From: a virus
Length of the DNA: 64,000 nt
Direction: 5' to 3' (one strand)
Virus record (IMG/VR): IMGVR_UViG_3300006750_000004
Coordinates: 1-64,000 of that record
This document shows positions 31,061 through 39,996 of the stretch, one piece after another. The position numbers and the translations under genes were made by a program. The notes beneath the pieces were generated by a model. It was not told where the DNA came from. It ran no database searches and saw nothing but the letters and a program-made list of their open reading frames with translations. Each line of letters begins with the position of its first letter. Positions within the stretch are counted from its first letter, which is position 1.

Positions 31061-31830
31061 GAGATCGCTACCTCACTGATTTTATCGAAGCGATTGAGTA
31101 GTCTAGCCCAATCTTTTAGCGGAATCTGGCAATCCGCGTCTGAGTAGGCTTGTGACGGATTTGGATGGACTTCAGCGAAGATGCCGGTGTATCCGAAAAT
31201 AGGGGCGGCTAGCATATATTTCATAGCTAATTCTCGGTCACCGCCAGTGAAATCGCCCTTGCGTTGTTGGGTCGAGTGGGTACAATCTAGAAAGACACGG
31301 TCCCCATAATCAGCCATTTCTTCGACAGCACCAAAATCGACGAACAACTTCTCATACCCGTGATTAGAACCACGGTCCGTAATCCAGACTTGTGCGTTGG
31401 GGTTTTGGCTTCTGATTTTCCCGGCGAAGTGTTTGGTGTTTTCTGGACTGACCCATTGGCCCTTCTTGACATGGACGATATCAAAGTGCTTGCCGCATTC
31501 GATAAGCAGGTCTGTTTGACGGCATAAGAAGGCAGGCACCTGGATGACGTCGATTAGGTCTTTGAGTGGCTCTACTTGATGGACTTCGTGGATATCAGTG
31601 GTAAGTCGTAGGTCTGGGAATTTTTCTTTGGCGGCGGCTAGTAATTCGAGTCCCCTTTCCCAACCTGGGCCACGTCGCCCTTGTACGGCGGATCTGTTGG
31701 CTTTGTCGAATGATGCTTTGTAGTACCAGTTACGGCCTTGCATCAGGTTGTTGAGTTTTTCAGCTGTGTTTAGATAGAGACTTTTTGTCTCCATTCCGCA
31801 TGGTCCGACTATCCATACAATATCCAGCAT
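31057..31830 (-). CDS. kdsA: KDO8P synthase (metal-dependent type)
   Basis: GPC..E, KASFDKANRS, TDIHE, QVPAFLCRQTDL, KKGQ, D.THS, EVHP.P..A.SD. Confidence 0.92.
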   Translation of the reverse strand: MLDIVWIVGPCGMETKSLYLNTAEKLNNLMQGRNWYYKASFDKANRSAVQGRRGPGWERGLELLAAAKEKFPDLRLTTDIHEVHQVEPLKDLIDVIQVPAFLCRQTDLLIECGKHFDIVHVKKGQWVSPENTKHFAGKIRSQNPNAQVWITDRGSNHGYEKLFVDFGAVEEMADYGDRVFLDCTHSTQQRKGDFTGGDRELAMKYMLAAPIFGYTGIFAEVHPNPSQAYSDADCQIPLKDWARLLNRFDKISEVAIS

Positions 31831-33590
31831 TAAAGACCTTCTTTATCCAGTCTGGATTCGATCAGCTGTAGAACTGCTTTGACTGCTTTGACGTGTTCTG
31901 GTTTCGCTTCACCAAATGATATCCTGTTGGTTGTTTTTAGTAGACCTTTTACGTTCAAGGCAATTTGGAGTGCGCGGTGCCATCCAATAGGTCCGAAGAC
32001 CGCGAATAGTGGGTCTTCGTACCGTTCTACTATTTTGTGGGCGGTGGTGGTGAGACCTTCTTTCATGGCGATGTAGAAGGCTTCTTCGATCTGTGGATAA
32101 ATATTGCCGATTCCACCGAGGAAATTTTGGGCTCCGGCGGGTTGAGTAAGCAAGTATCGACGACAACTACCTCCCGCCGGGAAGATGAGAAATTTGTGAT
32201 CAGCTTGGCGGCTTACTTTATAGGCCATTTCATAGGAGGTGCTCTCCTCCTTCATGCCGATAATATTATCGTGTTTCTTGAGTTTGGCGACAATCTCGGG
32301 TGTGAAGTTGTATGTGCCACCGGCTACCGCGTTCCGCATGAACATGCCGTGAACCATTACTGGCACTTTTAGTTTGTCGGCTGCCCTGAAGAAATAACCA
32401 CACACATCCTCGTCTGAGTAGTACCTGTCTGGGTACATGAGCATAACAGCGTCGGGTTCCCAACTATTGGCGTGGTCAATCCATCTACTTAATAATTTAT
32501 CTGGAACCGGGGGTAGCCCGAGAATCTTTGTACCTTGGAATTGGTTGCACGAGGCGTTGAGTGCCTCTATTTCATGGTTCGTCAACATGTTGAAGCGGGC
32601 TGTGCCAGCTGTCACCAAGATGATTTTAGCACCGTTCTTATGTAGGTGTTCCAGATAATTTTCGACGGCTACTTGGTCGAAGTCGCCTTGGCTGTCGAAT
32701 GCTGGTGGAATTGGGTAGATGACACCGCTGGTGAATTTTTCTGGGAACATTTCTCGTTTGATTCTGTCTGATATCGTCCAGGGGTATTGTTCGTGCTCGT
32801 AATAGTTGAATAATTCGTCGATTCCTGGTGGGATTTGTAGTTCGTCGGATTCTAGGACTGCGGGGATGTTGTTGGGTTTGCGGTCGTTGTCTGGTCGGAC
32901 GCATATTTTGGCGTCGATGAGTTTTTCGAGTGGTTTTTTATACGTACTAAAATACTTACTGTGCATGTCATACCCGTAGAATTGGGCTTTCATCGCCACT
33001 TTCTCGAGGTCCATTATTGAGTAGTGATGGCGGATTCCGATTTCTTTGGGTACGGGCCGGATGTCTTTTGGTGCACTACCGCGAATGATTTGTGGTCGGT
33101 GGATTAGGACCAGGCCCTGTTTTTTCTTGTGGATTCTGGCCGGTCTGTTCCAGAATTTCTTGGTGCCATCTTTAGCCACCACTACGTTGTAATATCTATA
33201 GTAATAATATTCGTGGTGTGAATAATTGAGTGTTTGAGTTTTGTCGATGTAAGCTCTTGTACCCTCGATACATTCTGGGGTATAGAATTCATCTGCATCG
33301 ATGTGCCAAACATAATCACCTGTGGCTTTGTTATAATAGGCAGCCACCATAGCATCCTTACCGACCCATGTATCTTTAGTGATAAGGATAATTTTATTAT
33401 CTGGATCTGGGAAGTCCCTGATTATCTGTAGGGTCTTATCCCTGGTCTTGGGGAACTTGTCACCTAGTTCTGTCGATCGCCCTTCGACTATAATTATTTC
33501 ATAGGCGTGGGGGTACAGATTAATAAGCTGTTGACGTATCAGATATGCCTCATTATAACAAATGAGACAAAATGAAATTCGCATTTTCAT
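31830..33590 (-). CDS. GT2-like glycosyltransferase fused to a DHDPS/NAL-family class I aldolase
   Basis: ICYNE, HIDADEFY, HHY; then PIPPAFD..G..D, NIIGMKEES. Confidence 0.8.
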   Translation of the reverse strand: MKMRISFCLICYNEAYLIRQQLINLYPHAYEIIIVEGRSTELGDKFPKTRDKTLQIIRDFPDPDNKIILITKDTWVGKDAMVAAYYNKATGDYVWHIDADEFYTPECIEGTRAYIDKTQTLNYSHHEYYYYRYYNVVVAKDGTKKFWNRPARIHKKKQGLVLIHRPQIIRGSAPKDIRPVPKEIGIRHHYSIMDLEKVAMKAQFYGYDMHSKYFSTYKKPLEKLIDAKICVRPDNDRKPNNIPAVLESDELQIPPGIDELFNYYEHEQYPWTISDRIKREMFPEKFTSGVIYPIPPAFDSQGDFDQVAVENYLEHLHKNGAKIILVTAGTARFNMLTNHEIEALNASCNQFQGTKILGLPPVPDKLLSRWIDHANSWEPDAVMLMYPDRYYSDEDVCGYFFRAADKLKVPVMVHGMFMRNAVAGGTYNFTPEIVAKLKKHDNIIGMKEESTSYEMAYKVSRQADHKFLIFPAGGSCRRYLLTQPAGAQNFLGGIGNIYPQIEEAFYIAMKEGLTTTAHKIVERYEDPLFAVFGPIGWHRALQIALNVKGLLKTTNRISFGEAKPEHVKAVKAVLQLIESRLDKEGL

Positions 33591-33598
33591 GGCCTATC

Positions 33599-34042
33599 TT
33601 AAGTGGACTGACTAGTTGCCCATTTCCTAAGTAGCCTCATGATGCGGTTTCGTTCACGACGGGCCGCGATATCAGTACAAAAGAGACTAGATTCGGGCAT
33701 CCATTCATCGTCAGAGTTTGAATAGAAAAATTCCGCAGTGTCCCGGCTTCGTATAACCTCTACAATAGTAAATGGTTCGACTCGGAATTCTGAGGTCAAT
33801 AAAGACGTCATAGCCGCAAAGTCCATGTGTTGCAATTTGGGCAACTTAGCTTTGCTGTTCCAAAGTCTCTGGTATGGACCGCGTTCATAGAGGACTTTTG
33901 GATGATAACTTACCATCCATTTTTGTTCTTCATCTAAGTCCGGAATGGAGTCTTTGTTGCGAAAGACTACCCACCAGACTGTTTCACCTGTCTTATAGCG
34001 AGACAACTCTAGGACCGATGAAATCCGTTCTTTTCGAACCAT
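33599..34042 (-). CDS. Hypothetical protein
   Basis: 147-aa ORF in a minus-strand run. Confidence 0.6.
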   Translation of the reverse strand: MVRKERISSVLELSRYKTGETVWWVVFRNKDSIPDLDEEQKWMVSYHPKVLYERGPYQRLWNSKAKLPKLQHMDFAAMTSLLTSEFRVEPFTIVEVIRSRDTAEFFYSNSDDEWMPESSLFCTDIAARRERNRIMRLLRKWATSQST

Positions 34043-34070
34043 TTGGAATGGCCTTGTATGAGCAAGGTTA

Positions 34071-34286
34071 TTATCCGAGAATAACCCTGTTGGTCGCCTG
34101 GCTGATAATATCTTCTGCGATTTTCTTGCTGATTCCTGACGCGACCGCAGTCCAAACCCCGGCCTGGTTTATCTCGATCTGATAATTGCCAGAATTTACA
34201 TTCTGACCAGGCATTGGGATCGCTCGGACTGCAGCAGTACCAGCTGCTTTGATTTTTTGAATTGCTTCGTTAACATTTACAGCCAT
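34071..34286 (-). CDS. Hypothetical protein
   Basis: GGAG SD, 71 aa. Confidence 0.6.
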   Translation of the reverse strand: MAVNVNEAIQKIKAAGTAAVRAIPMPGQNVNSGNYQIEINQAGVWTAVASGISKKIAEDIISQATNRVILG

Positions 34287-34324
34287 GGGTTACTCCAGGG
34301 TCCTGTTCTAGATTAGTTTTGACA

Positions 34325-35155
34325 CTATTCTATAAGGGCATCGAACGCGTCCAAAGCCATCTGAAACGTCTCCTGTTTTGTGTGGGCGTCTCCATGGCGT
34401 CTTCCGAAGGACGGTTCCATTATATACCAGCCATTGTACCCGTTGCCGATGGCGTCTTTTACAGTATAGTCAATCTTGGAGTCCCCAAAACCTGCTGGTT
34501 TGAATCCTTTACCTATCTTCAAATCCCGAACATCGATCGCAGCAACACTGGATTTCAATAATGTCCAATATTTTACGAATGGGTTTTGATTCTTCCTTAG
34601 GATAAATTGGGCTGGGTCATAAAGCAATTTCCAACGTTTGTGTTTGCGGAATTGGTTGGCTAATGCACTAGGTGTATCAAAATATGAATCAAATGTGATT
34701 TCGCACACAGGAGTTATATTGGCAGATATAGCTTTGGCAGATATCTTGCTCATCCACTCATCAACGAGGGATGTACATTCTTGCTGACATTGTTTACCAA
34801 TACCAATTCTGACCATTGGGGCCTTAAAATAGGCTGCCAGATTGAAGATATGATCAATCCGTGATTCACTGATTCGACTCAGGTTATTTGCCGCCTCGTC
34901 GCCCAAATCGCTGGCGATCATAATTACTGTCATATCCTTGTCGGTTATGATCTTACGTAATTTCTGGCAGGCGGTATCGGCGAGTGTGCCGATATTCCCG
35001 GTCCAGATATGTTTTAGAGCTATGTAGTGAATTCCGAAACCTAGGAGGTTGTCGCAGGAGATGCTAGGGTCTTCTCCGGCTTCCTCAAGATAAGAGGCGA
35101 CTCGGAGAGTATCACGCACTCTTCCTGGTTTAGTCGGTATTGTTTGCTTATCCAT
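34325..35155 (-). CDS. Xylose-isomerase-like TIM-barrel sugar isomerase/epimerase
   Basis: YDPAQF, DVRD, GFGD, GYNGWYIMEP. Confidence 0.75.
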   Translation of the reverse strand: MDKQTIPTKPGRVRDTLRVASYLEEAGEDPSISCDNLLGFGIHYIALKHIWTGNIGTLADTACQKLRKIITDKDMTVIMIASDLGDEAANNLSRISESRIDHIFNLAAYFKAPMVRIGIGKQCQQECTSLVDEWMSKISAKAISANITPVCEITFDSYFDTPSALANQFRKHKRWKLLYDPAQFILRKNQNPFVKYWTLLKSSVAAIDVRDLKIGKGFKPAGFGDSKIDYTVKDAIGNGYNGWYIMEPSFGRRHGDAHTKQETFQMALDAFDALIE

Positions 35156-35260
35156 TCTATCGGGAACACTCCTGGTGTCTCAATGTTTGTGAGGATGTTA
35201 CCTGCCCAACACCAACTATATACAGTGAGACTGCAGTCGCGTACGAGATTACCTGGCATC

Positions 35261-36430
35261 TTAATCCAGGAAGCAAACATGGTTGTTTTGTGGACCGGTT
35301 CCAACAATTGTGACTGGAATACCAGCAATATCTTCAACCATATGTATGAAATCCGTCACCTTTTTAGGTAGTGCACCATATTCGTTGGTGCCATAGCACG
35401 ACCAATCAATATAATTGGCGAAATTCAGAGCTATTTTGTTAGCTCCGTTGACGAGAGCAGCTTCTTTGAGCTGTTTCTTCGAGAACGTGAATACACGTCG
35501 TAATCTCTTGGTAACGGTGGTTAGTTCGCCTTTCATCACTTCTGGCGGGGCGTTTGCCTCTCGTGCTATGTTCTCCCACGATGTTTCTTCGTGGTCGTCG
35601 TAGTGGCCACCAGAGTGTCCAACCGTCTTACCGTCTTCGATGACATTGCCGACACGGATTGGTGCGGGTCTGATTACTAAATAGACGTCACCCATAGCAG
35701 TATGTGGTAAGCCCATGTCCGCCAAGTTCTGAATGGCGGTAGTACCCCGACTAGTGCATTGTGGGTAATGTGAGCCATGATTAATGTCGAGAGAGAACCC
35801 TTGGGCTCCTTCATGTAGGATAGTAACCCCGAAACGTTCCATAAGGACCATCAGCGTTTGTGGCAGGCTCATTCCTTGAACGTAATCAGAAATTTCTGGG
35901 TCGACATTATCAATCTTCTTGCCTATAGCCGATGGCATGTAACCAGATAGGGCATCATAATCTCGAGCAAGTTTAAGTTCCCTCTTACGCATGATTTTAT
36001 CTGCGAGAAAGGACCCACAACCCTGCATTGTGCTGGCTAGGTGTTTAGTACCAGTGGTTAGGTTGCCTTCGGCTTCCTTGTGGGCGTCTGTAATAACTCC
36101 AGCTCGTTCGTGGATTGTGAGTTGATAGCTGGATTCGGTTTCCTGGATCTCTTTATGCATCTGCTCAATGGTGAATGCTGCACTACACCCCACGACGATG
36201 TGTGGATCATATTCTTTGATCCACTTGCGAAGAATAGCTGCAGAGGGAAGAGCTTTTGCTACAAATTCGTCTTTGCCGTTTTCGTGAACGGCGGTATGGC
36301 CCGCATTAGCCATATTCGTAGTTGAGATGATTCCGGGGCGATAACGTGATGCTATGGCGGTACAAATAAGACCTTTGCCGCAACTACCCCAAGATCCGTC
36401 AGTTACTACATTAAATCGCCGGTCTTGCAT
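35261..36430 (-). CDS. purZ: PurZ-type 2-aminoadenylosuccinate synthase (PurA paralog)
   Basis: DGSWGSCGKG (Ser where PurA has the catalytic Asp), NMANAGHT, EGAQGFSL, YPQCTSR, ELTTVTKRLRRVFTFS, LNFANY (NFxN in place of TKxD), GTGP. Confidence 0.82.
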   Translation of the reverse strand: MQDRRFNVVTDGSWGSCGKGLICTAIASRYRPGIISTTNMANAGHTAVHENGKDEFVAKALPSAAILRKWIKEYDPHIVVGCSAAFTIEQMHKEIQETESSYQLTIHERAGVITDAHKEAEGNLTTGTKHLASTMQGCGSFLADKIMRKRELKLARDYDALSGYMPSAIGKKIDNVDPEISDYVQGMSLPQTLMVLMERFGVTILHEGAQGFSLDINHGSHYPQCTSRGTTAIQNLADMGLPHTAMGDVYLVIRPAPIRVGNVIEDGKTVGHSGGHYDDHEETSWENIAREANAPPEVMKGELTTVTKRLRRVFTFSKKQLKEAALVNGANKIALNFANYIDWSCYGTNEYGALPKKVTDFIHMVEDIAGIPVTIVGTGPQNNHVCFLD

Positions 36431-36505
36431 TTTCGTCTCCGTAGTTGTGTTGCGTTTTCATCACAGCATCTCAATACTGTGATGACTCGAAAACTTAACA
36501 TACAA

Positions 36506-36892
36506 CTATGTGGTGCGGAGAGCTCTAGATCCTGGAATATCATAGCCATCTTTATCCCAACCATAGACTTGGGCGGCAACATTTACTTCGTCTAGAGTAT
36601 CGACGGCTGGTTTTAGCAGTTGTTGTAGTGCATCGGGTAGATTCATTATCCGTATGACTATATCAACAACTTTTCCCTCACTGGAGCGAATAAGTTGCTG
36701 CACGGCTACCAAATTCTTCTGTTGCAACAATCTTTTTATACGTTGAGCCAGCAAGACTGCCCGAAGTTCGGTCGCCTTTTGTTCTAGATCACCTTGTAAG
36801 GCATTCCTTTGCGTCTCAAGCCAATCATCGTGTCGTGCGAGTAAGTCGGCATCCTCGCCCAACTCATTGATCTGAGTCAGCAAGTGATTCAT
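36506..36892 (-). CDS. Hypothetical helical protein
   Basis: 128-aa ORF. Confidence 0.6.
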   Translation of the reverse strand: MNHLLTQINELGEDADLLARHDDWLETQRNALQGDLEQKATELRAVLLAQRIKRLLQQKNLVAVQQLIRSSEGKVVDIVIRIMNLPDALQQLLKPAVDTLDEVNVAAQVYGWDKDGYDIPGSRALRTT

Positions 36893-37232
36893 CGATTTTC
36901 CTTACCCAATCTTCTGGTACCCATAGCCTCTTCCCCAGAATTTCGAGATGATAATGTTTGTGTTTACGGCCACAAATGAGGGCAATTTCATTGTGCCAAG
37001 GATGTTCTTCATTTACCAGGAGAACAATTTCTCCTTCTTCCAATACTGGGAGAATGATTGAGAGATTAACTGATCCAGTCTCCTGGATCGTAACGGCGTT
37101 TTCTGAAGTCAGTACGAAGGGTTTGTTGCAATGGTAACAATGGTAGGGACCGGCAAGATCAGTCCTAATAAATTCCCAACCTATGTTTCCACCGCAATGT
37201 GGGCAGGCAATATATTTATTGTGTGGTATCAT
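36864..37232 (-). CDS. Zn-ribbon plus SH3-like hypothetical protein
   Basis: CPHC...CYHC; small beta-rich C-terminus. Confidence 0.6.
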   Translation of the reverse strand: MIPHNKYIACPHCGGNIGWEFIRTDLAGPYHCYHCNKPFVLTSENAVTIQETGSVNLSIILPVLEEGEIVLLVNEEHPWHNEIALICGRKHKHYHLEILGKRLWVPEDWVRKIDESLADSDQ

Positions 37233-37932
37233 TTTCGTTCCCCAGCAATCGCCTTAATTCTTCAGGCTGTTGTTGGAGTTCTTTCACCACATTTTTGGCC
37301 TGCAGAAGATTTACAGCGAAGCGGGCCGCGTCATTGCAAGACGTAATAGTCCTGACGTTATTTATATTGCCACTTAGTTTTATTGGCACCTTAACAATGC
37401 TACGGATTGTTTCCATAATTTTATTATGGATATCAGGATTGGCCTTACTAACCTGAAGTTTCAGTTGAATATCAGTCCTGACATAAGCTGGCGTCCTGAC
37501 ATCCAACAATGCTTCACACAACGCTTTAATATTATCATCATCACGGCCATTAACTCCTAGCACAAAACGGACTTCTAAGGATTCGGCGAGATGAGTCTTG
37601 ATGAATTCTGTGAGTGCTTTAGCTTCGTTGCGGGAATCTATTTTATTCTTTCCGCCAGTCAGTAAGATTTCGAAGCCATCTGCATCTAGGGCATCTGTGG
37701 ATAGCCCACGCAGTTTGTTCTGACCGAAAATTTCCCCTTTAGGCCAATCAATAGGTGTGATTAAAAAATATCGTCCACCCGCCCTACCGCGATAGATCTG
37801 GGCTTCGGATGCTAGATCTGGGTGCACCACTAGTGCTGGTATTTTGTGTTTTGCGGCAAGTTCTGACGCTTCTGCAAGTTCGTTGGCTTGCATGACGTCG
37901 ATTTCAAGTCGATTGAGGATTGCTCCGCCCAT
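37216..37932 (-). CDS. Divergent DeoC-like (deoxyribose-phosphate aldolase fold) protein
   Basis: ALVVHP, TPIDWPKG (cf. TVIGFPLG), DADGFEI (cf. GADEID), YVRT (cf. FVKT), IKLSGNI (cf. IKASGGI). Confidence 0.55.
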   Translation of the reverse strand: MGGAILNRLEIDVMQANELAEASELAAKHKIPALVVHPDLASEAQIYRGRAGGRYFLITPIDWPKGEIFGQNKLRGLSTDALDADGFEILLTGGKNKIDSRNEAKALTEFIKTHLAESLEVRFVLGVNGRDDDNIKALCEALLDVRTPAYVRTDIQLKLQVSKANPDIHNKIMETIRSIVKVPIKLSGNINNVRTITSCNDAARFAVNLLQAKNVVKELQQQPEELRRLLGNENDTTQ

Positions 37933-38338
37933 ATTTAGTATCCAAGTAATCAAGAGTAAATTGAACGGCTTTATCCTCGTCCCTAAATCGGGAAACAATT
38001 GGCCGATTCTGGACTTCTGGTAAGAAATAGAATGTTTTCTTCTCCCCCATGGTGTCTTGTTCTGTAAGCAAGACGATCTTGACACCAAAAGCTCTGGCTA
38101 AACCCAGTTCACAATGTGAACCTTTACGAGCCGGGAACACCATAAAGAATACATCGGCGTTCTTAACACCAGTTTCTTCTGCGAGTCCATACTCTGCCAA
38201 TTCTTCATCGCTATATACTTGTCCGTGTGTGGTCCAATCATAAGTTATCTCACATCCAGCTTTTTTGAACCTGGCTTGGAGTTCGTTTGCTCTTTTAGCA
38301 TTTTGTAGGCTTGTGCCTATATAGATTCTACCACGCAT
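37904..38338 (-). CDS. Nucleoside 2-deoxyribosyltransferase / nucleotide N-hydrolase-like protein
   Basis: IYIG, TYDW, GVKNADVF, GSHCELGLA (catalytic Glu position). Confidence 0.72.
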   Translation of the reverse strand: MRGRIYIGTSLQNAKRANELQARFKKAGCEITYDWTTHGQVYSDEELAEYGLAEETGVKNADVFFMVFPARKGSHCELGLARAFGVKIVLLTEQDTMGEKKTFYFLPEVQNRPIVSRFRDEDKAVQFTLDYLDTKYGRSNPQST

Positions 38339-38400
38339 TTTGCTTTAATACAACGATTGAGAACGGAACGGCTAATATATTTTAGTTATCGCTATTATGA

Positions 38401-39033
38401 TTAAGCCTTCAAGTATTCATAGCCTGGCCAATCACGCACATCTTGTAATAAGATCTTTATTTTATTGTGCTCAATAGTCTCTCTAGTATATCCAACATTC
38501 CAATCAGGACCGATTTCGGGATCTGGATAAAGATTTAGGCCATCAATATCGACTTCAAGCATAGAACAATTCCCGCACATACAAGGATGGTGTGGACTAC
38601 CCACAGCACTAGGCATATGAGGATCTATAAAGTGACCGAGAAGATTATTAACAGCTTGTTTATCTAAAAACAAATAAATGCGGCCTTTTTCATTGGGTCT
38701 CAGACCTTTGGTTTTGATAGATGATAAATTTTCGGTTGGTGTGATATGGAATGCAAAACCGGTTGTTTGGAATGATTTAGTATCAGTAATCACAATTCGT
38801 AATGAATAATACTTCTTGGGTCCGCCAGAATGATATGGATTTGTTAACTCTTCCGATCCGATTAAATCCCAACCAATTTTGGTTAATTCTTGGCCCAATG
38901 CCTTCGTAGGGGGCGACTCAGAATTAACCCATATGTGGTCATCAAATGAACCCTTGATAAGAACTTTACCAAGATGTCTCTTGATAATTTCTAAAGCATC
39001 ATTCTTAGATTCACAAATACTTCGTAGTTTCAT
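38401..39033 (-). CDS. Tpt1/KptA-like ADP-ribosyltransferase-fold protein
   Basis: FHIT..ENL.SI.TKGLRP, RIYL, LEVD, LYPDP; N-terminal MKLRSICES. Confidence 0.6.
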   Translation of the reverse strand: MKLRSICESKNDALEIIKRHLGKVLIKGSFDDHIWVNSESPPTKALGQELTKIGWDLIGSEELTNPYHSGGPKKYYSLRIVITDTKSFQTTGFAFHITPTENLSSIKTKGLRPNEKGRIYLFLDKQAVNNLLGHFIDPHMPSAVGSPHHPCMCGNCSMLEVDIDGLNLYPDPEIGPDWNVGYTRETIEHNKIKILLQDVRDWPGYEYLKA

Positions 39034-39036
39034 ATT

Positions 39037-39996
39037 TTACAGCTTCGCTGCATGTTCCAAGATTGCGTCAACGTTTTTATGGCTCATTTTACCAAACTCG
39101 TTGACAAATCCCCAAGGATTATACTCTGTACAGAAAGTAAATTTTGCACGTTCATCTGGGGATAAGATCTTGGCGGCTGTGTCGTAGTGTTCTGCTTCTT
39201 TCTGGAACCTGTCCGCTCGGTTCTTTGGTTCTACATCGGGATTATCACCGTAGAAGTGTAGTTTCCCGTCTAGACCGTCTGGGTTCATATCACATCCGAA
39301 AATATAGATGTGTTCATATCCCATCCAGAGAGCAATTTGCATCGAAGCATAGACTGAGGACCGTCCGATATGCAATCCTTTGGACATATCGCGACTGAAG
39401 CCGTTGCCGCCCAAATTCTTGAACTGCATGGACTTCTCTTTTTGCTTTTTAATGGCTGTGCTATTAAAAACAAAGCCATTAAAATTTGTCCATAGGTCCT
39501 CATGTCTCCGCATTTGAGACCCGTCAAAGAATGACCAATGTGATGTTGGCCAAAGTCTTGCGTCTGGTTTGTTGATCGACAGAGTGTCGACGTTGGGAAT
39601 ATTGCGGAGTTTCTCGAGTGGTGTTTCGTTTAGAGATGGCCCATTGCCGACGATGATTAGGATTTTTCCTTTACCAATATTCCTGATCGAGTTGACTTTG
39701 GCAATAGATTGGGGGGATACACCTCTAGAGACGTATCGAACTTTGGTCGCTCGCCTGATACCACGGCGGTTTTTGTGGACTACCGCTCCTGATGGTGGTA
39801 TTTGTTGTTGTGGTGGCTGTGCTTGTTGTTTAGCACTTTGCGACCGGATGCGGACTTGCTTCAGTTGCTTTGGTTCAGCAACTTTGGGCTTGCCAACACT
39901 TTTGACTACTACTTTGACGGTCGGGGGGACCCGAACGATGGCCCTTTTACGGACTAGTTGTGGTTTTAGTCGAGATGTTACAACTTGTTTTACCAC
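39037..39996 (-). CDS. Maf/DUF115 (MptE-like) glycosyltransferase-like protein with basic N-terminal extension
   Basis: IIVGNGPSL, SINK, SSVYASMQIALWMGYEHIYIFGCD, HFY. Confidence 0.7.
   Translation of the reverse strand: MVKQVVTSRLKPQLVRKRAIVRVPPTVKVVVKSVGKPKVAEPKQLKQVRIRSQSAKQQAQPPQQQIPPSGAVVHKNRRGIRRATKVRYVSRGVSPQSIAKVNSIRNIGKGKILIIVGNGPSLNETPLEKLRNIPNVDTLSINKPDARLWPTSHWSFFDGSQMRRHEDLWTNFNGFVFNSTAIKKQKEKSMQFKNLGGNGFSRDMSKGLHIGRSSVYASMQIALWMGYEHIYIFGCDMNPDGLDGKLHFYGDNPDVEPKNRADRFQKEAEHYDTAAKILSPDERAKFTFCTEYNPWGFVNEFGKMSHKNVDAILEHAAKL

Noticed and set aside
35261-36430. Ordinary adenylosuccinate synthetase PurA
   Set aside because: Lacks the catalytic Asp (GDEGKG) and the TKxD guanine-specificity motif; has PurZ-type residues instead.
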